From assembly GCA_965206595.1 (NCBI GenBank), contig OZ242214.1, forward strand, positions 768,001-832,000: 64,000 nucleotides of DNA, read 5' to 3'. Shown piece after piece: positions 10,262 to 22,442 of this stretch (positions are counted from its first letter, which is position 1; each line of letters begins with the position of its first letter). Origin of the DNA: Candidatus Latescibacterota bacterium. Lineage in GTDB: Bacteria; Latescibacterota; UBA2968; UBA8231. Made by a program: the position numbers and the translations under genes. The notes below the pieces were generated by a model. The model made no database searches and was not told the DNA's origin. It worked only from the letters and a program-made list of their open reading frames with translations.

Positions 10262-10434
10262 ACAGCCTCGTTGATCTCCAACAAATGGCCTCGCTCAAAG
10301 CGAAGCCTGACTCGCAAATTCATTCGTTTTGACGTGAAGATTTCTTCAACGTAGCGCTCAACATAGACATTGCGGCACTGAAGAATGGCCTGCTCCACCT
10401 TCTTCAGGCAGGTGGCCAGAACCTCATGCAACAT
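10262..10434 (-). pseudogene. TumE/DUF6516-like toxin, N-terminal half only
   Basis: VYVERYVEEIFTSKRMNLRVRLRFERGHLLEINEAV, then abrupt switch; the C-terminal RYDN..H..H part is absent. Confidence 0.6.
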
Positions 10435-10520
10435 CGGGCACGATCTCCGCTAGTTTTTGACGGAGTTGCAAATAGTGGCGGTAGTCATTCGCCCAGTCGA
10501 CGAATACTGCGTCGTTGGAG
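10424..10520 (-). pseudogene. TumA-like antitoxin, C-terminal fragment
   Basis: Manual translation NDAVFVDWANDYRHYLQLRQKLAEIVPDVA*; stop overlaps the start region of the TumE-like gene. Confidence 0.5.
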
Positions 10521-10609
10521 TTCCCCCCGTTCAGTGGAGGGTTAACCACCTGCGATGGCTGAAGCCACTGGGGCGGTGCGTTCGTAGTTCATGGGGGACT
10601 CGTAATTGA

Positions 10610-10730
10610 GGGGATTTGGGCATGGCGGGTGCCCGGACCTGTACGATATCGTTATGAATCAGTCGCCAGCAAGTCATCTTTAATGTGACGCATAAGTCGA
10701 TGTCGGCCTCTGGGCGGCTTCGATGCTAAA
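10610..10730 (+). pseudogene. Possible degenerate M6 metalloprotease zinc-site remnant
   Basis: FGHGGCPDLYDI and DVGLWA resemble HEFGHxLGLPDLYD...GxW of M6 proteases, upstream of a clear M6 C-terminal region. Confidence 0.35.
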
Positions 10731-10889
10731 GTGCGATTAGGTGCCGGCTGCTTGATCGTATATCCTTACGATAACGTGAGGCCCTTGCGGAGGTTGAGTG
10801 GGTTCTGCCTCGTGGCCGGGCGAAATTTCCGCCTCGCGCACGAGGGCGAGTTCCGGCAGATTCCTCCAACGGGAAAACCATCGAATAGG

Positions 10890-11100
10890 AAGCAAAGTGA
10901 CATTTGCCCTGATCAGCTTTCTCTGCGCTCTTGTCCTGGCGGACCAGTGTTGGGGACAACGGGGTTATGACATCCAGCCGGGCAGAATCGTAGTCGACTC
11001 CCGGAGTCATTGGGAGCGCTGGCATTCCGTCACCGGCACAATCCAGATGGACGGCGATGCCGTCAGACCAGCCTTCATCCGCAAAAGCACGACACTCGAT
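10890..11100 (+). pseudogene. N-terminal fragment (signal peptide plus first residues) of an unrelated secreted protein
   Basis: FALISFLCALVLADQCWGQRGYDIQPGRIVVDSRSHWERW...RPAFIRK, joined out of frame to the M6 region. Confidence 0.4.
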
Positions 11101-12603
11101 GTTGGATCAATTCAACCGACGTCACCGGCTTTTTAGATGATGAGGAAATAACCTATTCCTCGGATAGGGGTACCTACCAGGATGATGTGTATAGCATCAA
11201 ACCCCTGGGGCCCGGAGTTGAATACTTCCTTGTCGAAAACCGGCAGACGGGAACCGGGTGGAACCGGGGGTACCCCGACGACGCTTCAGGTCTGCTGATA
11301 TGGCACGTAAACGATAATCGCGAATTCCAGATTGATGCTGTTGACCTTATAGAAGCAGACAATATATCCGAGGAAGACCCTCCTCTCTCCGATAGGTCGA
11401 CTTACAGCGGAGATCCCTTTCCCGGTACCAGTGTAAAGACCCGGCTTACCGATTTCACTATTCCCAGCAGCACCAAGCGGTGGGAGACAAAGGCCAACCC
11501 GGATCCTAACGTCCACATCGGGAATTCGAACGTCCTGATCGTCGATATCCAGGGGAGTGGAAATTCCATGACCGCGGACCTGAGTCCGTTCTGGGCCGGC
11601 GAGATTCCCACTAGCACCACCTGGAGCGGCGCCGTAAGGGTTGGTGGCGACGTTACGGTCAACCCCGATGTCACCCTGACCTTGGGCGAAGGGACGGGGG
11701 TCCGTTTTCTCGCCGACCGGGACGACACGGAAACAGGCGGCGTCGACGCGGACAAGTCCGAGCTGATCATAGAAGGCAGCCTCGCGGCCGGGGCCGGGAG
11801 TACCACCTTGCGTTCGAGCAACGACAACCCCGCTGGCCCCGAGTGGTACGGTGTGCGCCTGAACGGGGGAGCTGCCAACCTGTCCAACGCCACCCTTCGC
11901 GACGGGGTCGCGTGCGTGCCGGTTACCAGCGGCGAGGGCTTCGAGTTGACGGGGGCCCGGTTGGAGGACTGCGGCCTGATCACGGGTTCCGGCGATGTTT
12001 CCTTTCCCGAAGACCGCATCGATCCGGTGGAAACCTACGAAGCCGCCGGGCGGCTCGGGTCCTCCGTCACCTGGGACCTGGAAGGGGACGATGAGGAATC
12101 CTTTACCATCACGCCGGCTGGCAGCGAGACGACGGATGACGCCGAAGAACTGGGAGCCGACCTTGCATTCTCCCCCCTGCCGAACTTCGAGGAACCGACG
12201 GACAAGGCGAAGCCGGAAATGGACAACGAGTATGGGGTGGTCGTGGTGGTCAGCGGCGGTCAACTGCAGGCGACCAAGAAGGTGGCGGTGAACGTGACCG
12301 ACGTGTACGAGCCGGAGGTGCCGCGTCCTCCCGGGGGACTGTCTGCGGAGTCGGGTTGGACCCTCATCCACCTGGAGTGGCTCCCGGCGGCCGACGTCAG
12401 CCGTTACGACGTGCAGATGCAGGGCCGGTACTCCAATCGAAGTGTGTCAGACGATCCGACGGTTTGGCCCACCGATTGGACGCTCGTGGCCGAAAACGAG
12501 GCAACCGCAACAGAAGGAATCCGCCATCGGTATACTCACACCGGCTTGGATCCAGACTACATATACCGCTACCGGGTCCGTTCGCGCATCGGTGACATCG
12601 TCA

Positions 12604-14020
12604 GGCATTGTCCCGATCTTAGTTGAAACAGCACAGGCTCCTCTCGCTACCTTGGTACGGGAAGTTTTTGCGGAAAACCTCGTATCAGGTAACAGAAAGG
12701 AGCCTGCCATGAGCAAGCTATCAGGACCCCGGAAGCAGGTCAAACGCAGCCTGGAAATCGGCCCCGTGAATGCGGAGGCCGCCGCCCTTACCGGCGATCT
12801 GGATACGCGCATCGAGGGGATCCAATGCCTGATTCCTTTGGGTCTGCAAGCCGTCGCCGAGGAACTGCAACGGGCGGTCGAGGAGTTGGCCGGGCCGCGC
12901 TATCAGCGCAAGGGGGCCGAGCAGCCGGTGCGCCGCTGGGGATCTCAGTCCGGATCGGTGTATCTGGGCGATCAGAAACTGAGGGTCGAAGTGCCGCGGG
13001 TGCGCAATGTGGCCAGCCGGACCGAGGTGCCGCTGGCGGCCTACCCGGCCCTGCAGAGGCCCCGGAACCAGGACGAGGGTCTGTTGCTGCGCGTGTTGAA
13101 AGGGATCGCCACGCGCGACTACGAGGCCTGCGCCGAGGCCGTCCCGGCCGGTCCGGTTCCTCGGTGTCGCGCCGCTACGTGAAAGGCACGGCGCGAAAGC
13201 TGGCCGAATTCCAGGAGCGATCCCTGGAAGGATACGATCTGGTGGCGCTGTTTCTCGACGGCAAGAGCTTCGCCGACGAAGAAATCCTCATCGCGCTGGG
13301 GGTCACCCTGGACGGACACAAGATTCCGCTGGGCTTCGTGCAGGCGGCCACCGAGAACGAGCGCGTCTGCCGGCGCTTCCTGTCCGATCTGGTCGAACGG
13401 GGCTTGCAGTATGAAGCCGGACTGCTGGTCGTCCTCGACGGCGGCAAGGGACTGTACAAGGCGGTGCGGTCGGTGCTGAAAGGGCATGCCTGCGTGCAGC
13501 GCTGCCAGTATCACAAGCGCCAGAACGTCGTCTCGTATCTGCCCAAGAGCGAGCAGGCCCGGATCCGTTACAAAATGGAAGCGGCCTACGGGCAAGCGAC
13601 GTACGAGGAGGCCAAGGCTGCCCTGGAGGCGCTCAAACCGGGCTTGGAGCTGACGAACCAGTCCGCCCTGCACAGCCTCGAGGAAGGCCTGGAAGAGACC
13701 CTCACCCTGCACCGCTTGGGAGTGATGCCGATGTTGAAGAATTCCTTCCGTACCACCAACTGCATCGAGAACGTCAACGGTCTTCTGGGGCAGTTGACGC
13801 ACAACGTCCGGCGCTGGAGCAACTCATCGCAGCGTCACCGCTGGGTAGCCACGGCGCTGTTGGACATCGAACCGCGTCTGCGCCGGGTAAAAGGCTACCG
13901 TCACTTACCGACGTTGCGGCACGCCCTGCAGGCCGAGCTCGGTATCAAACAGCTCGCTATGACGGGCTGATCTATTCAACCGAGCCTGTGCTTTGTTTCA
14001 ACTGAAAATGGGACTTGCCC
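12604..14020 (+). mobile_element. IS256-family insertion sequence
   Basis: Imperfect IRs ggcattgtcccgatcttagttgaaaca..gcacaggctc / gagcctgtgc..tgtttcaactgaaaatgggacttgccc; no target duplication seen. Confidence 0.85.
12709..13970 (+). pseudogene. IS256 transposase, frameshifted near 13150
   Basis: LFLDG, VLDGGKGL, QRCQYHK, RTTNCIE motifs split over ORFs 12442-13182 and 12825-13970. Confidence 0.85.
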
Positions 14021-15480
14021 GATGACCGTGGCCGGATATCATTCCGGACAACGACAGCGGAGTGCGGCCCCGCCCGGGGGCCCCGACCCAGCCTGAAGCG
14101 ACAGCGGGCGACCGTTCGGCCACCCTGACCTGGACCATACCCACCGACTACCTCACCAAGTGGGAGTACCGAGCCGGCACCGTGGTGGGGGGCAAGGTGG
14201 TATGGGGAGAGTGGGAGGACATAGGCTTCGGGTCTGCCAGGAACGGGGATGCGGAGGGGCTGACCAACGGCACGGCGTATACGTTCCAGGTGCGGGCCTT
14301 CAATGATGCCGGGGATGGCGAGCCGTCGCCAGCGAGTGAAACCGTGATACCCAGGCAGAGCATCGGCGACCTGGCGATCACGGGAGCGGAAACGCCGAGG
14401 TTACCCGAGCACAGCGAGGATGTGGTGGCCACCTACGTGGCGACCTTTCCCGCAGGACACAGCATCAGCTGGTCGCTGGTCGACCAATACGACGACGACG
14501 CTTTTTCGATCGACGGGGGCCTGTTGAGCTTCCGGGCTCCACCCGACTTCGAAGCCCCTATCGATACGGGCGACTATACCGACGCGAACGGCAACACCGA
14601 TCCGAACGGCAACAATGTCTACCATGTCACGGTGCGTATCGACGACGCCGGCTCTTCGGGTGGTTTTTCCATTTTTGACGTAACGGTGACGGTGACCAAC
14701 GTGGACGAGCCGGGCCGTGTGGAGCTGTCGTCGACCGCGCCCAAGGTGGGGGACAGGCTGACCGCGGAGCTCACCGACCCGGACATGGGCATAGAGGTTG
14801 TGGAGTGGCATTGGCAGGCCTTGCCCCCGGGCACTCGCAGTACGCACCCCCCGACCGGTCCGGGAGAGTCGACGGACCCTTCCCTGCTGGTCACGAGCGA
14901 GCATATCGGGCTGACCCTGTCGGCGCAGGTGACCTACCTGGACGGGGAAAGCAACAATGCGAACGACCGCAAGAGCGCGCAGAGCGCGGCGACGGCGCCG
15001 GTGGTGGACGTGCCTTCGGCGCCGCGGGAGTTGGAGGCGGCTGCGGGGAACGCCCGGGTGGATCTGAGGTGGGATCCGCCGCTTACGGACAACGGCTCGG
15101 CGCTGACGGGGTATGGGTATCGCTACGGCAGCGGCGGCAGTTGGACCCCGGGGACTCTGGGGGTGACGACGAGTCACACGATCGATCAGTTGACCAACGG
15201 GTTGGAGTACAGCTTCGAGGTGCGCGCCGTCAACGGGGCGGGCGAGGGGGCCTCCGCGAGCGACACGGCGACGCCGAGGCGGCCGGACACGCGCGGCCGG
15301 GTGGAGTGGAGCACGACTCAGCCGCGGGTGGGTCAGGAGCTGACGCCGACGCTCCTCGACCCGGACACCCCCGCGCTGGCAGAGGCGCGCTGGCGCTGGC
15401 GCCGGTTGGGGTGGCTTCGGTCCGATGCCGGCGATTCGCTGTCGGCGCCGGCCCCTGAGTCGCGCTCCGGTGAATCGAAA

Positions 15481-16569
15481 CTAGTGTCCTGTCGCAGAAA
15501 TTCGTTCACAAAGTCTCTTGATTTTGGCGAGGATGGAATCCGCCGTAGCCGTCCAGACGAAAGGGTGTGCGTTGGCGTTCCATTTGGCCGTGTAGCGTTC
15601 GATTCGCTCGATGAGCTCCGACACCTTGCGGAACGAATCGCGCCGAACCGCCTGGCGGGTGAGGATATTGAACCAGATCTCCACCTGATTGAGCCACGAA
15701 GCATACGTGGGAGTGTAGTGAAGGTGAAATCGGGGACGCCGTGCCAGCCATCGCTTGACCTTGGCATGCTTATGCGTGGCGTAGTTGTCGACGACGAGAT
15801 GAATATCGAGGTCAGCGGGCACGTTGGCCTCGATGTGGCGCAGGAACTGGAGGAACTCCTGGTGACGATGACGGGGCTTGCACTGGGTCATCACTTCCCC
15901 GGTGGCGATGTCCAGGGCGGCAAACAGGGTGGTGGTGCCGTGCCGCTTGTAGTCGTGCGTAATCCCTTCCACGTATCCCAGTCCCAGGGGCAGCATGGGC
16001 TGACTTCGTTCCAACGCCTGGATCTGGCTCTTCTCGTCCACGCACAGCACCAGGGCGTGCTCGGGGGGATTCAGGTACAAGCCGACGATATCCCGTACTT
16101 TGTCGACAAAGAAAGGATCGGTGGAAAGCTTGAAGCGCTTGTGTCGATGGGGCTGCAAACCATACGTGCGCCAAATGCGATGAACCGCGTCCTTGGTCAG
16201 GCCGGTTTCTTCGCCCATGGAGCGCACCGACCACTGTGTTTCGTCTTTGGGCTTGGTCTTCAGGGTCTTGTATACCACCTCGGCTACCTGCTCGTCCGTG
16301 ATCGATCGCGGCGCCCCTGAACGTAGTTCATCATACAAGCCATTGAGTCCGTTGTCGAGAAAACGCCGGCGCCATTTGCCCACCGTAGCTCGCGTCACAC
16401 CCACCGCGGAAGCGACCGCTTCATTGGGCCAGCCATCGGCGGCCAGCAGCACCATCTCGGCTCGCCGCACCAATCCGTGGGGAAGACTTCGTGATTTGGC
16501 CATCGATTCCAGTCGTTCCCGGTCCGACGGACTCAGCTCTAACGGCGTTAATGGACGCCCCGTCACCAT
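15481..16569 (-). CDS. IS630 transposase
   Basis: HTH N-terminus, [31 protein letters not shown] motifs. Confidence 0.95.
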   Translation of the reverse strand: MVTGRPLTPLELSPSDRERLESMAKSRSLPHGLVRRAEMVLLAADGWPNEAVASAVGVTRATVGKWRRRFLDNGLNGLYDELRSGAPRSITDEQVAEVVYKTLKTKPKDETQWSVRSMGEETGLTKDAVHRIWRTYGLQPHRHKRFKLSTDPFFVDKVRDIVGLYLNPPEHALVLCVDEKSQIQALERSQPMLPLGLGYVEGITHDYKRHGTTTLFAALDIATGEVMTQCKPRHRHQEFLQFLRHIEANVPADLDIHLVVDNYATHKHAKVKRWLARRPRFHLHYTPTYASWLNQVEIWFNILTRQAVRRDSFRKVSELIERIERYTAKWNANAHPFVWTATADSILAKIKRLCERISATGH

Positions 16570-16650
16570 AGGTCTCTCCTTTCAGAAGGGGGATAAGGGA
16601 AACCTACGGCACTTTCAATTGTTTGTACAGTTAATTACACGACATGACAC
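15484..16650 (-). mobile_element. IS630-family insertion sequence (copy 1, intact)
   Basis: IRs gtgtcctgtcg / cgacatgacac, TA duplication in a CTAG target (15482-83, 16651-52). Confidence 0.95.
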
Positions 16651-19600
16651 TAGGAGTGATCGCCCGCACGCGTCAGTACAGGCCCCGGGTGAGCGATCTC
16701 AATCAGTGGTTGTGGGTTGAAGTCACTTATACCGACGACTATACCGACGATTCCGGCCGGCACCGAGTAAGCGCGACGACGTCGAGGGCGGTGGGACCGG
16801 GCCCCCCGTGCGCCCCCGCCAACCTGAAGGCGGCGCCCGGGGACGGGCAGGTGACGCTGACCTGGGAGGCGGGCTGCGACAACGGGGGGCCCATCGACAG
16901 GTATCAATACCGTCGTCCGGACGTGCGGAAATGGGTGCGGGTGCCCGGGGACGGCTCGGCCCGTCGTCAGCAGGTGACGGGCCTGACCAACGGGGAGGCG
17001 CACACGTTCGAGGTGCGGGCGAGGAACCGGCAGGGGTGGGGTCCTGCCGCCCAGGCCACGGCCACGCCCGCGGCGGCGGAGTCTCCTCCTCCCCGCCGCC
17101 GCTGACGGTCACCTACGGAGCGTCGTCCTACGCGGCGCAGGAAGGGGGCGAGGCGGCGACGGTGACGGTGCGGCTGTCGGCGTCGGCGTCGGAGGCGCTG
17201 CGCATCCCGATTGCGGTCAATCCCCGGTCGGGAGACTTCACGGTGGCCGGGCTGACGGACGGGGGGCTGTCGTTTTCTTCGGGCGCGGAGCGGCAAACGT
17301 TTACGATCGCGGCGAACCAGGACGACGACTGGGACGACGAAGAGGTGACGCTGGGTTTCGGCACGCCGCTGCCGGAGGGGGTGAGCGCCGGCGATCCTGC
17401 CCGCGCCACGGTGACCCTGTTCGACGACGACGATGCGCCCGGGGAGGTGACGGTTAGACCGGCGACGGCGCAGGTGGGCACGGAGCTGACGGCGACGCTG
17501 AGCGACGCGGACGAGGTGGCAGAGGTGACGGGCTGGCAGTGGCATCGGCGGGCCTCGGATCAGGCGGCCTGGACGGCGATTTCGGGGGCCACGGCGGCGG
17601 CGTACACGCCGGTGTCGGCCGATGCAGGGCAGTACCTTCAGGCGACGGTGGGCTACACGGACGGGCACGGCCCGGACAAGAGCGCCGAGAGCGCGGCCAT
17701 CGGTCCGGTCCAAGCGACGGGTCCGACGGAGCGGACGGTCTGGTTTGGTAAGGAGTCGTATGAGGCGAGTGAAGGGGGCGCCGCCGAGACGGTGACGGTG
17801 CGGCTGTCGCGGGCGGCGACCGAAGTGTTGCGCATTCCGATCTCGGTAGACCCCCGGTCAGGGCCTTTCACCCTGGCGGGCCTGGGCACCGACACCACGC
17901 TGACCATCGCCTCGGGGATTTCCGGGACGTTTACGATCAGGGCGGATCAGGATGCCGACCGGGTAGACGAGACCGTGGCGTTGGGGTTCCGCGATCTGCC
18001 TTCCGGGGTGGTTGCGGGCACGCCGTCCAGCGCCACGGTGACTCTGATCGACGACGACGAGTTGCTCATTGTGGGAGCGAGCGATACGACGTTCGCCGAG
18101 AACGGCACCGGGGTCGTGGCCACGTACACGGCCACGGACGCGAACGGCCACACCGTTACGTGGTCGATCCATGCGGATGGGCAGCGTCCGGCCAATGCCG
18201 ACAGCACCCATTTTTCCATGGGGTCACGGAACGGCCAGTTGACGTTCCGGGCGACCCCGGATTTCGCGGCCCCGGATTTCGAGGACCCGGACGATACAGG
18301 CCATGACAACGTCTACCTCGTGACCGTGCAGGCGACGGACAACGGGACTCCGCCGGCTTCCACCCTGCATGACGTGTCCGTAAGGGTCACGAACGTGGAT
18401 GAGCCCGGACAGATTGAGTTCCGGTCGACAAGGCCGGAGGTGGGGGTACAGCTGCTGGCGGCGGTCACCGACCCGGACGGGAACGTGGACGTCCGTTCGC
18501 AGCAGTGGGAGCGTGAGGACGGTAACGGCGGCTGGGAGGACGTGGGCCAGGCTTCCGAAAGGGACCATTCGCCGCCGTCGACCTATCCGGGGCACGTGAC
18601 GTACACGCCGGTGACGGCCGACGTGGGCAAGAGGCTGCGCGTGACCGTCGGCTATCTGGACGGGGCGAGCGCCGACGATCAGGACCGGGAGAGCGTGCAG
18701 AGCGATGAAATGCATCCGGTCGTTGCGACAGCTCCCCCGCCTCCTGTCCGGCGGCTGGAGATTCTGGGCGCGGCCGACACGACGTTCGCGGAGCGGGCCA
18801 CGGGCCTGGTGGCTCCCTACGTGGCCCGGTACACGGACGGCACGGCGGCCTCGTCGGTCACCTGGACGCTGTCCGGGGCCGATGCCAGCGACACGCTGGC
18901 CCTCAACGGGGACGGTGAGCTGCGCTTCACGAAGGAACCGGACTACGAACACCCGAAGGACGCTGACGGGGACAACGTCTGGAGCGTGATCGTGGAGGCG
19001 GCCGTCACCGGTCCTCCGGCCATGGATACGACGTTGGCCGTGTCCGTTCGTATCACGAACGAGGACGATCCGGGAACCGTCTCGATGTCGCCGAATACCC
19101 CCCAGGTGGGCCAGACGGTACTCGGCACCCTGATCGACTCGGACGGCGGCATCGATCAGTCCCAAGTTGACTGGATCTGGTTTACGGTGCAGGCCGGCCG
19201 AGAGGCGCGCGTGGATCCCGGCACGGGTGCGACGAACCCGTATCTCGTCCCGTCCAGCGCGGCCGGTCATGCGTTGCGCGTCCGCGCGGAATACGACGAC
19301 GCCCATGGGCCCGGCAAGATGGCGACCAGTTCGCCGTCGAAGACGGTCAAGCCCCGTCGGCTGCGCGTCGAGTTCGATCCGAACAGCTATAACGCTGTCG
19401 AAGGCGGCGACGCCGTGACCGTCACGGTGCGGATGACCCCGGCGGCCGACCGGTTCGTGCATGTGCCGATCCGGTTCCAGCCTTCGTCCGGAGACTACTC
19501 CGAGACGCTGGGCAACAACAACCGGCTGTCGTTCGAGCTTGGAGACCGCACCAAGACGTTCACGATCACGGCCACGAGTGACTCGGACCGCGACGACGAA

Positions 19601-21959
19601 ACCGTGACCCTGGGTTTCGGAGACCTGCCGGCCGAGGTCGTCACGGGCACGCCGGCCAGCGCCACCGTCAATCTCGATGACACGACGCCGGCGCCGAACC
19701 GGCCTCCTGAGATCGACGATATGAGCGATCCGTCCGTGCGGGAGAACACCCCGTCCGTAGCCACCTTCACGGCCACGGCCACGGCCACGGACCCGGAAGG
19801 CCAGGCCATCACCTGGTCCGTGAGCGGGAACGTGTTCTCCATCGGTGAAACCAGCGGCGAGGTGAGCTTCCAGACGGCCCCGAACTACGAAAGCGGCACC
19901 ACTTCATACAGCCTGACCGTCCGGGCGACGGACACGGCGGGGGCGTCCGACACCGAGACGGTAACCGTGAACGTGACCGATGTCGACGAGCCGCCGGGGC
20001 CGCCGTCCAATGTGCGGGTGTCGGCGGCGGGGCGCACGAGTGTGGAGGTGGAATGGGACGCGCCCAACACCAGCGGACGGCCCCCGGTCACCGACTACGA
20101 CGTGCAATACCGGGCCTCGGGAAACTGGCGCACGCACTCGTTTTCGGGCACCGGGACCTCGACGACGATTTCGAGCCTTGATCCCAACACCGCGTATGAA
20201 GTGCAGGTGAATGCCACCAACGACGAAGGCACCAGCGGCTGGGCCGCCGGCAGCGGCCGCACCGACTGCGGTGCCCCGACGATCTCGGGTCCCACGTCCC
20301 AGTCGATCCCCGAGAACACCACCGCGGTGGCCAGCTATTCGCTCAGCGACCCGGACGGGGGCGGGGGCAGCTGGTTGCCGCTGGCGGGGACCGACGCGAG
20401 CTCCTTCCATTTCTCCTCCGGCACGCTGAGCTTCCGCAGCGCCCCCGACTACGAGACCGATTCCCGCCAGTACCAGGTCACGATCCGGGCCCAGGGCGGC
20501 TGCTCAAAAACCGCGAGCCGGGCGGTGACCGTCAACGTCACCAATGTCGTGACGCCGAGGCCGACCGTGACCTTGAGCGTGCCGTCCAGCGGCGGCCACG
20601 AAAACCTCGACGCCTCCTGGACGGTGCCGTCCAGCGGAGCCAGCATCACCGGATACGAGCTGCAATACTGTACCTCTGGCGCCCGCGACGACGGCGAGTC
20701 CCCCGCCAACTCCGGCGGCCAGGACCCTTCGGCGCGCGCCGTCTGCTCCACCAATTCGTTCGGCAGCGGCACCACCAGCACCACCTTGTCCGGCCTCAGA
20801 TCCGGCACCCTGTACTCGGCCACGGCGCGGGCCACCAGCAGCGAAGGCACCGGGGCCTGGTCCGCGCCCACGTCCGCCACCACCCGGTCCAACACCGCGC
20901 CAGTGATTTCAGGCACGGGGCGCCAGAATGTCAACGAGAACACCACCGCCGTGGGCACGTATACGGCCACCGACGCCGAAGGGGACGGCATTACCTGGGA
21001 CATCTACAGCACGGACAGCGACAAGTTCTCCTTCGCCTCGTCGGGTTCGAGTCTGACGCTGAGGTTCGAGTTGGCGCCGGATTACGAGAATCCCACCGAT
21101 GCGAATACCAACAACATCTATGTGGTCAGGATCCGGGCTACTGACGACGCCAACCCTTCGGCGAACAAGCAACAAGCTGATCAACGCCATCGTTCAGGAC
21201 ATCGGCCCGCCCAGCCGGATGACGGACGTGAGGGTGAGCGTGCCTTCGTCCGGGACGGGCAGACTCGACGTCAACTGGTCGGCCCCGGCCAGCGGCGCGA
21301 CCGTCACCGGCTACACCATGAAATACTGCTACGCTTCTTTTCGGTCGGAGGAGGATGCGCCGGAGGATCCGGACGACGAGGCGGCGCGTCAGGCCGTATG
21401 CGCGGAAACCACGGTCGGCCGGGTGACGAGCACGACGCTGACGGGCCTGCATGAAAACACCCTGTACACCGTCTTCCTGAAGGCCACCAGCCGTGAGGGT
21501 ACTTCCGGGTCTTGGTCTACGCCGGGATCGGCCATAACCCGCTCGGCCGCGGCCAAGGCCCTGGCCGCGCAGCTGGCCCTCACGGGCCTCGACGGTCTGG
21601 CCGCCCTGGCTGCCCCCAATCCGTTCAACCCCAGCACCACCCTCTACTTCCAGGTGCCGGAGAGCGGGGAGGTCTCCCTGGTCATCTACAACCTCGCAGG
21701 ACAGGTGGTCAGGACGCTGATCCCCGGACGCACCCTGAAAGCCGGCATATACGATGTCTTCTGGGAAGGACGTGACGAGCAGGGACGACCCGCGGCCCCC
21801 GGCGTCTACCTCTATCGGCTCACCGCTGGAGACAAAGCCATCGTGCGTAAAATGACCCTGCTGAGATGAGGGGGCCGCTTTGTCATCGGCCGGCGCACGC
21901 CGCCGGCAGGGCGGCGTTTCGCAGAGGCCGGCCAATCAGAAAAAAACTCCGCGGTCCCG

Positions 21960-22322
21960 TAAGGGCAGCCGGATCTCCAAGTGGCCGCCCGGGGCGGCGT
22001 CCGCCAAGGGGAGCACCGGCTACGCCTTGAGAGCGACGATCATGCACGTAGCCGAGTTGCGCCAGTCCCTGGTAGGCCGGCCACCCGTCGGTGACGCGGT
22101 CTGGTACGAGCCGATCTCCAGCACCCGCTTCAAGCTCAACGCCGAGATCCCGTCCTTGCCGGTAGCGAACAACCAGCAGGCGGTGAACCACACGCTCAGC
22201 AGCGTCCGGGTTCGGTCAAAGATCGTCCCCGCCGTCACCGAACTGCGCGCCCCACACTCGCAGCACATGAAGCGGCCATCGCCCAGGCGCCAACCGTTCG
22301 GGCATACCGGTGGCGTTGGCAA
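21960..22322 (-). mobile_element. IS1595-family transposase remnant with internal deletion
   Basis: C..CGARSSVTAGTIFDRTR..WF..GISALSL..IGSYQTA joined to VTDGWPAY..LGYVH. Confidence 0.75.
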
Positions 22323-22334
22323 CGGCGGTCAAGA

Positions 22335-22393
22335 AAGTGAGGTCAGGGCTGCGAACTCGAGCTGTGGCGGGGGTCGTCCCGGTGCGATGACGG
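22335..22393 (-). repeat. IS91-like transposase 3' tail remnant (direct repeat with 29446-29503)
   Basis: aagtgaggtcagg..gcgaactcgagctgtggcggggg..ccggtgc.atg.cgg shared with 29446-29503; encodes PPPQLEFAA. Confidence 0.6.
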
Positions 22394-22442
22394 GCATTGC
22401 CCTGCTCGGATTCCAGCTCTGACCGCGCCGCGGGGCAGGTGC

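Larger units (their letters stand above)
11101..21869 (+). pseudogene. Giant secreted/surface protein (~2,700 aa): M6-protease C-terminal region, cadherin-like, FN3, Calx-beta-like repeats and C-terminal FlgD Ig domain; interrupted by IS256 and IS630, two 1-nt frameshifts
   Basis: EYFLVENRQ..GLLIWHV..VDLIEAD..GDPFPG; repeated PDFE.P.D...NVY.V.V; GLTNG..YTFQVRA.N; SY.A.EGG.A.TVTVR x3; APNPFNPSTT...GVYLYRL...RKMTLLR; removing IS630 restores ESKLGVIARTRQY in frame. Confidence 0.85.

Noticed and set aside
14062-16320. 752-aa ORF as a complete gene
   Set aside because: After ...GESKL it reads through the antisense strand of IS630; only 14023-15483 belongs to the surface protein.
17100-19700. DNA repeats in the giant gene as DGR template/variable regions
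   Set aside because: They are diverged Calx-beta/cadherin domain duplications; no adenine-specific mismatch pattern was apparent and no reverse transcriptase is in the window.
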